From contig NC_045696.1 in the NCBI RefSeq assembly GCF_009834535.1, positions 33,978,001-34,042,000 of the forward strand: a DNA stretch of 64,000 nt. Direction: 5' to 3'. The notes under the pieces are model-generated. The model saw only the letters and a list, made by a program, of their open reading frames with translations. It was not told where the DNA came from and did no database searches. Positions 27,265 through 40,282 of this stretch are shown here, in pieces. Numbering within the stretch: the first letter of the stretch is position 1; every line of letters starts with the position of its first letter. The position numbers and the translations under genes are program-made. The stretch is from Camelus ferus (taxonomy: Eukaryota).

Positions 27265-28099
27265 TTAAATACTGCTTTTAACCCTATATTTGTTGGCACT
27301 TTAGAATAACAGTAAGGTTCATTGTAGAATCATCCAGTATTTCCAAAAATATTCCTTCTCACTAATAAACTATTTGTTTAGAAGTTAAAAGAATTCAGAT
27401 AGAAACATCATGATATTTAGCCAAATTGGTTAGATGTGTCAAACACTTTAGAAGACATTTTAAAATTCTCTCTTTGTCATTATTCTTAAATATCTGATGA
27501 TATGTGCTCAAAAATCGATAGTACATTAAATATAATGCATAAAGTATATGGTGATATAAATATTTTTATCTCAACTGTAAGAATGGAAAATCTAATATGT
27601 TGAAGGATGTCAAATAAAACTATGAATTGTGTTTACTTTCATATTATGAGACTTTGATCACACGACATTTTATATATACCCCCAAGCATATTTATTATAT
27701 CATTTGGTAATGCTTCTGTCTCCAGGCAAAAAATTCTCAAAGATTGTCTCAAACATTTTTAGAATGCAAGTTGATAGAAGTCATCAATATAGAATTTGAA
27801 ACATTCACAGCAATGTAAATAGCAAATTGAAAATGAATGTCATACAGATGTCTACTGCTGTGTTTGTGACAAATAGTAACTACATATTAATTCAGAGCCT
27901 CAAGCTATATACCTGTATGCATAAAATGTTTACATATGATGCCCATCAATAAATATTAAAAATCACTGATGGTTCATTCCACAAGTGCAGAAGTTTGCAC
28001 TAGCATTTCAATCTGTTAAAATATACTATTTCATGCATTTAAGTCAGTTTTTAATTATAGCCATTTATGTTAAAAACACTTTTTCAGTAGAAAGTGAAC

Positions 28100-28920
28100 A
28101 AAGGCTATGAATAGACGGTTCACAGAAAAAGAATCACAAATGACTGTCAAATACATGAAAGAACATCTTTCATTCTTTACTCATAATAAGAGAAATTTAT
28201 TATATAAAATAACAACTTTGACCTTTCTGATTTGCAAAGATACAAAAGATTAATAGCATATTTTTCCTTCAACAACTATTTTCTTATTCCATGTGCCTGT
28301 CACTGTTCTAAGTGCTGAGGATATGCCATCAAGGAGAAAACAAAAATAAATAAATAAACAACAAGAGACTCCCATTTGCACGGAGCTCATAATCTGAAAG
28401 GTGGCAAAAGAAATATCCACAGTGATAGTATATTTGGGTACAACTTCCATAGAGACCAATTTGACAACATCTATTAAAATTACAAATACGCATGCTCTTC
28501 TTTGATAAAAGTAATTTTGCTTTTAACAGTTTTCCTACACATATATTTATAGAGGTACAAGACGGTATGTATGAATTTAATCATTGTGGCCTTGTTTTTG
28601 TTAGCATAAGATTGAAGATCATCTAAATTCTCTAAGTAAGAGATTGGTGGTATATTAATAAAATGGAATTTGACAGATGCATTTTATTTAAAGAAAGCTC
28701 TCTAAAAACCAATACTGAAAACTCTCCAAAATAAACAAATTTAAAAAAATCTGTCTGAAGAAATATATGTATTTGCTTATATGTATATATGCATAAAATA
28801 TCTTTGGAAGGATATCCAAAAAACTAACAACATTGATAAACAGGAAGGACAAACAGAAGGAATACATTTCCCTTGTACATTTTTAGCCTTTGAATCATAT
28901 GAACATATCATCTACTCAAA
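28100..28920 (+). mobile_element. Ancient L1 (L1ME-like) 3' remnants, interrupted
   Basis: GGCTATGAATAGACGGTTCACAGAAAAAGAA...ATACATGAAAGA and related degraded L1 text. Confidence 0.55.
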
Positions 28921-29060
28921 GAAATATAGATAAAAGCAGGCACTTCAAAATTAATCTTTGAAAAATAGTGCCATTAATTTTAAAAACTGTGTATTTTGGA
29001 ATTAAGAACTTTACAAGGAAATGAAGGTTTTTGTAGGTTTTTCATAATTTGAGTAACTCA

Positions 29061-29492
<432 letters not shown>

Positions 29493-32400
29493 CTATTCTG
29501 GGACAGCCAGTCTCAATTCTGAAAGGTTACGTGACAGTCAGGCTTCTGAAGTAGACATCAGAGTAGCTTAGTATAAATGCAATGATCTATTTTCCACCTT
29601 CCTCAGAGCAGCAAAAACAAAAAGAATACAAAGCCAAAGGGAAGAGGCAGGGACTTGCAAATAATTAAAATAGAAATAAGCATATTTCACCAAAGTGTGA
29701 GTTTTCCTTCATTTTTTTTCCCTTAAAAGACATTTACTCCTGGGAACCTCCTCCTGAGGTTCAACTCTTACCAGAATGTGTATTTTGATCTCTGTTTTCT
29801 GAATTCACTGAACGAATAATCTATGATGTTTGTTATAATCAAGGCACAGGGCTGGGAAGTTTTTTTAATATAGAAAAATTGATACTGTAGTATTAGGAAG
29901 CCCCACTATTTTATCAGTAGATGCTTAATTTCAAGGGGAAAGAATCATGTCTGTTTTTAATTTAGCAAAGGCAGGTAAAAAGAAAGATTATGAGAATCTA
30001 AAATACATTAATGTGGTTAAACAACTTTGAGGAGTAACAGATATTAACAAAAAGTTATTCTTAAAGTTCTATTAAAAAGTCAGCAACAAGATTTCTTGAA
30101 AAGTATAAAATATAATGGTATCATCTCTTGATTATTATTTAAGAAGCAAAAGTAAGTGGCAAGGAAGGGTGCAATTCTAGATATGACAGGTAGATACGAC
30201 ATACATGATGAAGCATTGAATCCATTGCATGAGTTAAAAGACAAATCACAGAAAACTAAAAGATCTAATTTTTCAATTGCTTCTAGATTTCATTCTTCAT
30301 TTGAAAAGAAGAGTCTGTCTCAGCTGGGGAGCATGGGTGAGAGGATGTTTTAAGCCAGGTTCTCACTCATTTTATTTATTTTCTTCATCAGTACATAATA
30401 TTTTTATTGATAGAGATTTCACTTCAATTTATAGTAAATGACACATGTATAACCAAGACATTTGGGTATAAATAAAATATTCAGCAATCAAGAATTTTCT
30501 TATGAGTATAAATAAATATTTAAACTAAAAATAAATTACTAGAGAATATATGCAATAATTATTCTTAAAAACTTACTGAAAAATATATCCAATTTATGCT
30601 ATCTTTAATCTTTCCATAAATACATCCACAAATCAGACATGAGTAATAGTGCATTTTGCCAGAATATATAAATCTTACATTAATATATCAATATATAATG
30701 AGAACGGAATAGTGGAAGTCAGCAAATTGTTGACATATTATTTATATGAGAATATGTGATTAGGAAGTGTACCCCTAGCCAGTAGACTGTTTGACTTTTC
30801 TGAAGCAAAATACACATGCAAATGAGAGATTAAACAAAGTAGTATAAAATAAATGTAGCTGTTTCACAGTGTAAAAGTATATATAAAGGAAACTATTCCA
30901 CCGTCTAGAACAATTCATGCTACTTTTACAAACCCAAATTAGCCAGCTTTACTTTTTAAAAAGTCACTTTATACTTTAGTGGTTGGTATACTGATCAGGC
31001 TAGATAAAATGTTAAAAAGTAATTGTATTGATTTTTAATTTATTACATAGCTCATTTTAGAAAATGTTTACTGTCTTTGGGGTTCATTTTTAGCTTTCTG
31101 TTAGTTTTAGATTTCTTCTAGTTGAAATAAAAGACTAACATATATTAAAAAAAACTAATCACATTTATTTTAACATCTGCTTAATAATTATCTCAAGACT
31201 TTTCTTTTGCTTCGGCTTTCAGAGTTGGTTCTTACACATACGTAAAAACCTTCACTTCTTTCATCATCCAGAAATATCACATGTCACTTACTACATCTAA
31301 TGATGAAATACTCTGAGAAACAATAAAAACAGATAGAAGAAAACAGGCTGCTGTTTGATTTTGCACACTCAGTGTATTTTAAAGCATTTTAGATAAGTCA
31401 TTTAACTTATGTCAAAATATTTTTATTTACATAAATAATTTGTTGCCTGTCATTTACATGAGATGCCATAAGGACTGAATTATATTAGCAATCTTGACCA
31501 TTTTCAAATTTTCTTGCTGATAATTATAGTCACACACTGCTACAAATCTACGGACTATTTTCATTTCACATTTATCATCTTATCCTTATATAAACAAATA
31601 AGGTAGAAAAGATATGTATTTTTTACTCACAAGTTAAAATCTAAGTAAAAATAAGTTAAATAACGCTCCTTGGGTACTATGATGAATTCACTATTATAGT
31701 TTGAAACTAGAACTGAAATCCAGTGAACTTTGCAATAAACCACATCAAAAGAATAACCTAGTTCATTTTTCAGGTAGTCTATACTGAGAGAAATCAAATA
31801 ACTTAAAGATGTATGCAGTTTAAATACATTCAGCTACATTAAACAAATGCTCTCAGACAAAATATTATAATTATTTATTAAATATTGGAAGTGTGCCATC
31901 TCTATTTCTGGAAAATTGTAAAGGTAGTTTATATATACATTATAAATACTCTGGAATAATGGACATTTAGAAAATAAGTTTTAACATGAGTCTATAAAAT
32001 AGACACAGGAAAATCCCACGTTCCCATGTTTGACAATCCACAGAGAAAAGGAAAACACAATGTGTGAGATCTTATTTTTCATTAAATGGAAGTATTCACA
32101 ATTAGCTGCAGGGACAGTTTTCCTGGAACTAACCTTAGAGAGAAATTCATGACAGTCACAGGCACTGTCCAAACTGCAGTTTTTATCATAGGACCTTGTA
32201 TTTGGGGGAGAGTGGGAAGTAATCCGTATGGTATGCCTAAGATATTTTAAAAATTTTTTCTAAAGCCTGGATTATTGAAAAAGAGAAGGAAAGAGGGAAG
32301 AAGATAAAAGACGTGGTGAGTCGGGTGCAGCAGAAGGCCCACGATCAATTTCCAAAGCACCGATTAAGCAAAATTGTCTATAAGCCTCGAACAAGCGCAC

Positions 32401-35400
32401 ACCTAAATAGCTCAGACATGTTTGCACATTCTTTACAGCCCAGTGTATCTTTTCCCACTGCAGATCTACCCACCACAGCCTTTCTGAACTGCTCTGCGTG
32501 TACATCTGTGTGGCAGAGGTGAGAGAACGGAGGTAAGTCTTTTCAAGCAGGTGATGGGGAAGCCGAGGTCCAGCCTGCCTTGCAGGGACCTGCTCCAGGT
32601 CCCATGATAGGGGCCAAACTGCTTTTCTGCAGAAGCCTGTTCTGCCAGATGCTAACTGACAATACCTCTGAGGTTACGGGCTTGAAGCCTTAGAAGAACA
32701 AACAGGGGAAGTGGAGGGACACAGTAAAATACCCCCATCCTGCTGTAGACATCCATAGAAAAGGGTATTTCCATTTCTTTTTTTTTTTTTTCCTTCACGC
32801 ATGACGGCGTGAAACAAATCATGAATTGGAATTGCGAATTTTTTTCTCTTTTGTGCATTAGTACATCCTATCCACGGGTAACAGGGGTCCTCTGCCTGGT
32901 TTTGTAAACGAGGTTGACTTGGAGCACCGAAACGCCCACGTCTCCATACGGCTATGGCTGCTGTACAATCACCGAGTTGCGTAGCAAAGAGAGACTAGAA
33001 AATTGAGAGAAAATACATCATGCTAGAGCTACTGAAAGTCCTTTCATGATCCTGAGGCAAAAGATGGTTACAATTAGTCCTTCCTTTAGTGTTAACACGA
33101 CCAGAATGAATTAGAGAAAAATGAAACTTAAATAAAACAAACAAAAAAGACAACTTAAGAACAAAGAGATGGGCTCCAAAGTAAACTGTTTCTCTGTCGC
33201 TGTCAAACAGCTTCTGTTGCCTTTTGTGTTAGCCCAGGAGAAAGGGCACTTTCAGCCATACTAACCTTTCTTTTATTATCCATTTCTCATAAAAAAAGAG
33301 CAGACATTCATCGTCGTGATTAATTCCCGACATCAGCTATTTTGTTTTCCTCTTAAAATTAATCTTTAAACAAGGACGTCTTGGGTGGTCGTTAACACCA
33401 CATAACCTTGCTGGGTTTAGCCATCATCGCTGTGTCTGGTTTACTCAGTTTCCACAGGACAGCGGACAAGGCACACAGCTCATTAAGCTTGTTTTCTAAC
33501 TTGGACGCAGCTTTGGAAGCTGGAGAACAGACCCAATCTCAGATACTCAGGAATAAGAGTTCTGAAAGATTTTTGTTGTTCTCTCATTTTCTTTTGTGTT
33601 TATCTAGACGAGATTTTTGAGTAGTATGTATAATTTCCTATTTCCTGGTATCTATACTATAGGCTATTGAATTATCTAAGTTCTTAGGAGGCAGACAGAA
33701 GAAGGAATCTAGCTGCAAGTTTATCTGAAGGGAAGATCAAGGAGAAAGTCAGGCTGAGTTGGTACAGATTTGCCACAACTCAGCTCCAGCAGAGCTGTGG
33801 GACCCACGGCAACCTGGATATGAAGAGACTGACACTCTGAGTTGTTAAGTGACTTGAACAAGGTTTGTAATTAGTTCCCGGTGTGACTAATTTAGTTGTC
33901 CCAGTCATTCTCTTTGATATGCCCACATCTGGACTATGAGGCACAGTGGATTCATCGGATGATGAAAGTCCTCCCTACCAACCTTAACAAAATATTCGCT
34001 ATAGCTCTTGCCTTCCAGTGGGTTATTCATTTAATGAAATGCTCAAAGTAAATTCAAGCATCAGAGTGTGGTGATAAAATAACCATATTCAAATAAAGCA
34101 ATTTCATACCTTTTGAAATATTGTTCTTTTCACAGCGCCCCTTTTTCGTGGAGTGTGTGACAATGAACCGGTCGGCTGTTGATAAGACACTTCTGTGGAT
34201 TGTGTGGAAGTGGTTGATTTGATGAATGCCTTGAGAGTTCTCAGAAAATTCAAATGACATAACCAGGCTTCTCTTGTGTATTTTATACCTTTGCTATTTT
34301 ACTTTTGAATTGCTGTGTTTTATAACGCAGTTTGTGTAGCTTCTCTGGGGATAACGGCATAAGGGTTCAGATTCCCTGAGATTTAATCTGCCACGATGCA
34401 AAGGCTAATGTGAATATATGTCAAAAATAGTGACATCGTAACAAATTATAAAGCACATCACATTTTAATGATCTCCTTCTCAAAAAATATTCAAATATAA
34501 TCTCCATGCTTTCCATGGTGAGGTTTTCTTTCAGTGACAAAATATATTTAATTTTGTTTAAAGACTACCGCGATAGCTCCAAATCTTAGGACAAACATTG
34601 GGCTCTTGATTGTCGCTAACCCAGGCTTTGAATGATCTTAAAGGGCTTCTCCAGGAGCCTCTCCTTTTTAACCGTAATGAGTACGAGAGTTTGCTGAGTA
34701 CCTGCCGAGGGAACTCGTGCCAGCCTGAGCCTCCTGCGGACTCATTGTGAACCTGGGCCTGTTCTCCCCGATCCGGGAAACTGGAAGGATGTTAGATTCC
34801 TCAGGCCAGCTGTGACCTCACCAGGCCAGCAGCCAGCAGCCTCGATCTGGTGGGAGGGCGGTGGTCGCAAAAAACCTTCTTAAAGTATTCGATCTGTAGC
34901 TGATTTTATCTCTGCGCTTGCTGGGTTTAGGGGGCGCCTGAAATTGCACCTGGGTTCCTGCGAATTACCAAGAAGGAGCAGCACACGGCCAAGAGCTTGT
35001 CATTTCTTTTCTCCATAATCAAAGTGTGGTGGAGGCCACAGAGAGCATTCTGCCTGCACCTCTAGTGGCGAAATGCGCGTCATTCTACTCTTTTATAATG
35101 AAAGCAGTTCATCATCAGCGGGGGTGGTTCTCATTAACCACGAATACTGATTAACTGCTAAGAATATGAATCATAAATAATCCACTTTCAAAGGGAAAGA
35201 GAAAAATATGGCTTTCTTTATTTCTTAATTATTAAAAAGAGACACTAAGATTTACAGGTAACCATTAAGAACATCAGTTTTCATTTTACCATCAAGGTGA
35301 GGATACTAGTTTATTCAGAACGCCTCAATAGAAGTTAAAGGAAACTAATTTGTTCGGGAATATCTAATTTTAAAGTTTTAAAGTTTTATTTAGTCTTAAA

Positions 35401-35577
35401 CTGAGAAATTAAAGTTTGGTGAACTAAATTCTTTAATTTTATTTCAAATTTATAGACATAAGTCCATGTTTGATTTTTTATTATCTACTCTGGATAACAA
35501 AACACAAGAAAAGATTTCCCTAATATGTGATTCCTTTATCCAGAGTTTCTCTCTCAATATCCCACAAGTGTGCACGT

Positions 35578-35601
35578 ACACACACACACACACACACACA
35601 C
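35578..35601. repeat. (CA)n microsatellite in POU1F1 intron 2
   Basis: About 12 CA units. Confidence 0.9.
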
Positions 35602-36059
35602 TCTTATAGTCGCACGTAGAGCTTTAGTAGTTTATTGTCACCCACAATATTTCTCTCCCTGCTGCAGTAATAAATATAACAGTTTAAAGAAAACCTAAAA
35701 AATTCTGTGCACAACAAAATTGTTTCTCTGGCCATGTCCTAAAACTGCCGTAAGTTTTGTGATAAGTGGATCTGTTAGGTCAGATTTTCCTTTTCCTTAA
35801 GAAATGTGCCTTCGAGATTTCCATACAAGTAGTTAATCTTGGTCTAGTGATGACCTACTTATCCAGAGGAAAAAAAGATATGTAACTTTCAACTATATCA
35901 GTCTCATTTAAGACTCAAAAACAACTCAGAAAGGGCTGACAAACACTGAAACAACTATCACTAAAGTAGCTGCAAATCACTCTTAGCCTTCAATGTCTTA
36001 TTTATCTTCATGGACCAAATGTCCAGAAGAAATATTGCCATGAGGGGGAGGTCCTGTAA

Positions 36060-36212
36060 ATCTGTTCTGTCTACTTTGGTAGCTGCATAAGGTTATCGAG
36101 CACTTGAAATGTGGCCAGTGCAACAGAGTTTTAAATTTGACCTTATTTTAGTTCAGTTTCAGTTGCATTTAAATTTAAATAACTACATGAGGTTAGTGCC
36201 TACTGTATTATT
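36060..36212. mobile_element. MER3-like hAT-Charlie MITE
   Basis: GAGCACTTGAAATGTGGCCAGTGC...TTTAAATTTAAATAACTACATG...CTACTGTATT. Confidence 0.65.
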
Positions 36213-36292
36213 ACTGGAGGCAAGCCCACCAACGGCATAAACAAGTAACAATCAGCAGCTTGGCAGTAGTGAATCAGAATAAAAATCATACA

Positions 36293-36716
36293 TTATCATT
36301 CTAAGTGAAGTAAGCCAGAAAGAGAAAGAAAAATACTATATGATATCACTTATATGTCAAATCTAAAAAAAAAAAAGATACAAATGAACTTATCTACAAA
36401 ACAGAGACAGACTCACAGACATAGAAAACAAAATTAGGGTAACCAGGGCAGGGAGTGGGAAGGGATAAATTGGGAGTTCAAGATTTGCAGATACTAACTA
36501 CTATATATAAAATAAATAAACAAGTCTCTTCTGTATAGCACAGGGAACTGTATTCAATGTCACGTAGTAACCTATAATGAAAAAGAATATGAAAACAAAT
36601 ATATGTATATGTATGACTGAAACATTATGCTGTACACCAAAAACTGACACAACATTGTAAACTGTCTATACTTCAATAAAAATAAAGAAATAAAAATATA
36701 TAATTATTAAAAAAAT
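36293..36716 (+). mobile_element. 5'-truncated L1 3' end with target-site duplication
   Basis: CTAAGTGAAGTAAGCCAGAAAGAGAAAG...CTATACTTCAATAAAA plus A-rich tail, flanked by AGAATAAAAATC(A/T)TACA at 36276-36292 and 36717-36733. Confidence 0.9.
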
Positions 36717-36984
36717 AGAATAAAAATCTTACAAAGCAAACACAAGAGTTAAGAAGCATCACAGTTCAGGGCTGTGTACAGTAGGGGCAATCGAATATAA
36801 TCATTATGATCTCTGAAGACATCACAGATCAGGGAACGTTTCAAAACGCAGTGGTTTAACCAGCAATTTCCAAGGTGAAGAGATCTGAATTTCATGACAC
36901 ACTCTAGTCAAGATTCCCTCAAACCCAGGAAATCCATGTAAGTGTCCCCAACTCAATCTCATATGTGAAGACAATTTTTCTTAC

Positions 36985-37056
36985 CTGCCATCACTCCATA
37001 GGTTGATGACTGGTTCCCATAATGACAGGAAGGAACAGAATAATGAAGTCCTGTTG
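36985..37056 (-). CDS. POU1F1: POU1F1 coding exon 2 (alpha acceptor)
   Basis: acacAG acceptor, donor CAG|GTAAGA, 72 nt. [24 protein letters not shown]. Confidence 0.97.
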
Positions 37057-37134
37057 CTGTGTTTCCCAGTGTCGTCACCAAGAAATATGTGCACAAACAT
37101 TTAGGAGTTTGAATCAAAGACAAAACAGACGGGA
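37057..37134 (-). CDS. POU1F1: Pit-1beta 78-nt alternative 5' extension of exon 2 (26-aa beta domain)
   Basis: Upstream acceptor ttttcttaccAG exactly 78 nt before the alpha acceptor. Open in frame: [26 protein letters not shown]. Confidence 0.9.
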
Positions 37135-39824
37135 CTGGTAAGAAAATGTATGAGGATTCAAGACACATTCATTTCATTTCAAAAGTACACATTTATGTGA
37201 TTATTAAAGTTACATGGCAATAATTTGTTCTCATATGAGGGAAGTTCTCTGATGAGTAGGTAAAAACTAGATATTGAAATTTGTCTCAGATAATGAGATC
37301 ATGACCCATCAAAGTGGACTATAGCCTTCATTAATTATGTCCAGTGCTCCACATTAGGGTCACTGACTGGATTGAACCTTGGCTAATTGGGAGTTGCAGA
37401 ATTCTTGCAGGTTTCACTCAATATAGACATTGCAAAGAACTGACTAGAGGACAGTCTCTTAAAACCCTTGTATAACATGGTATTATAAAGTAGTTTTTTT
37501 CTGGAACAATGAATACAGAAATCAACTCTTCGAACAGTCTTTACTTTTGTTTATTCGCCTAATAAATTTCTTCCAGCAGAGGAAATGGCAGAGCAATTAG
37601 CCTTTTATTGGATACAACCATAAAAATCTCACTAAATTCAGAGATTTATGAGAAACCTGTATGATGGACGTAGGTTGAAGTTGAAACCATGAGGTTGTAC
37701 ATTTTCTGCATGCACACAATTAATTTAATAATTCTAATGATAAAGCTGGTCAAAAATAAGATCACTGACTATTGAGTGACTTGAGGTCTCCAAAGGTTGA
37801 ATCTGATATATAAACATAGCCTCACTAATAAACAGCTATGTCTCATAGAGGTAATGTGTAATTTGAAAGTAAATTTGAATTACTAAACTTTAATCAAAGT
37901 TTAAACATAAATCGCCACTTTGACTAAGGAAATAAGACTCTTGACAATAAAATCTTAAGCCAGTGTTTGCCTATATATTTTATTTTCTCTTTTTTTCCAT
38001 CATATCCTGAATATAGTGGTGGATTTTCATAAATATAATTGTATCTTCTTGAATAAATATGAGATATTATAAAGTTTAGATTTAGAATCCTTTGAAAATA
38101 TTGAGATGTACTCTAGTGACCAAAGACATGAAGTCTCTTTAGAAAGTAAAACAAATTTTCTCTAACTATAGCTCAATTTTTAATATTTTAAAATATCTGT
38201 GTAAATTTTCATTTTACACCTGACACGTAGTGAGAACTGAAGTCATTTTACATTATTATGATTACTGTGCATTCCAAAATTAAACAGATAAACATGAAAC
38301 ACATTTAACATTCAAGTGCTATTATAATCAGTATATTACTAATTCCTTACTTAGGCAATTAGATGTATAGGATTACAATTTGATAGAAAAATTAAAAATT
38401 TAATGCTATGCTATTTAAAACACATTAGGTCATTTTTACTGATTATGAATTTCTTTTACTTCCAAAGTTTAAATATTTTGTTTCTCTGATTTGGGGGAAT
38501 TGTATAAAAGCCAGGCTAATATACTAAATATCTTATTTATTTTTAAATAAATAAATAAGGTTTTGAGCCTAAATTTGCTTAACTACTACCTCAATTCTAA
38601 ATTTTATTTTTATTCTGGCCAAATACTATCCACACACAGTAGATTAAACAATGCATTATTCTTCTCATCCCAATTTCTAGAAAGATCTATTATTTAAAAT
38701 ATACAATTAGCTATGTGATAATTATTTAAATTTATTTATACCACAACTCTTTGATAAAAAAGACTTTATTACATTTTCCTAAAAATATGTTTGAGGATAT
38801 TTTCATTAGTATATTTTAATTAAATTTTGAGAATCTTTATAGTAGATAAAAAAAAACTCTGCATTAATAATTCTATCAAAGACTAGATGTATGATCTCTT
38901 GACACTTTAAAATTTGGCTGAAGATGAATGCCAAATTTACATATATGTTTGGAAGCTGCTTAATATATTGAAGATAACACTTAAATATTTTAAATCATCA
39001 TAAAATATATCAACTCAAATTTTGATTTTTAAATGTATAAAATTAGGTCATATTTCGATTGCTTTTAAAACAAGTGGAAAGTGAATAGTATGTTGCTATT
39101 AAACAGAAGACGTTTACTCAGCTTGAATTTTTTATAAATCAACTTCAAAACACTTTGTTACTGCGTAAAACTGGACACATTAACAAAACATACTTATCTG
39201 CTTGGTTGTGTTTGAGATAATATATTTGAATTCATAAGTTTAATTTTCACTTAAAAAAGTTAAGTAAGAAATCAATAAAACTTGGTTAGACATTGAAATC
39301 TCTTCAGAACTCAATTTTGAGAAAAATTCAACTCAGTTCATGGGCTCTAAATATTATATTGCTTCTATATTTGATTTCTGAGTTTTTAGTTATGCTAAAA
39401 AGGTAAGGGTATTAAATTAAATTAAATAGTCTATAAAAAAACCATTTAATTATTTAAACATTTAATTATTTTTGGAAATCCATCGTTGTTGGTATTGGGG
39501 ATCATTTAGCTGTGTTTACTATGAGGTGTGTTGTTTTTAGTCATGGTAGTAAATATAACCTAAGAACCAAATAAATCTCTAAGATAAAGAAGTAACATCT
39601 TTTAGACACTAAATTATTTCACACTGTTTCTTCAGCTTTGCTATTTATACATATATGTTTACATAAAAATAGTTTTCATATTAGAAGTAGCCAGACTCAT
39701 TGTTTACTTATGTAGAAAACAGATCTTTATAATAAAACCAACAGTGATCGAAATGACTACACTTACTAATACTTCTTGAAAATTTTCTTAGGCATTTTGG
39801 CTTCTTTAATATCCTTAATATTTA

Positions 39825-40139
<315 letters not shown>

Positions 40140-40190
40140 TCAGAGTTTTATTATATTACCATCTCAAAGGGCCGTTTCAAATCTCACTAC

Positions 40191-40282
40191 CTGCATATAT
40201 ACATCAGGGAGGCGCTGAAGCACCAGGAGGGCTCGTGCTGGTATTTATACTGCAGGGAAATCCCTTTATACATGTTAATCAT
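40191..40282 (-). promoter_or_regulatory. POU1F1: POU1F1 proximal promoter: upstream Pit-1 site, TATA box, downstream Pit-1 site
   Basis: On the - strand: ATGATTAACATGTATAAA (40282-40265), TATAAAT (40249-40243), ATGTATATATGCAG (40204-40191). This order matches the known positive and negative autoregulatory sites flanking the Pit-1 start site. TSS inferred near 40215. Confidence 0.8.
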
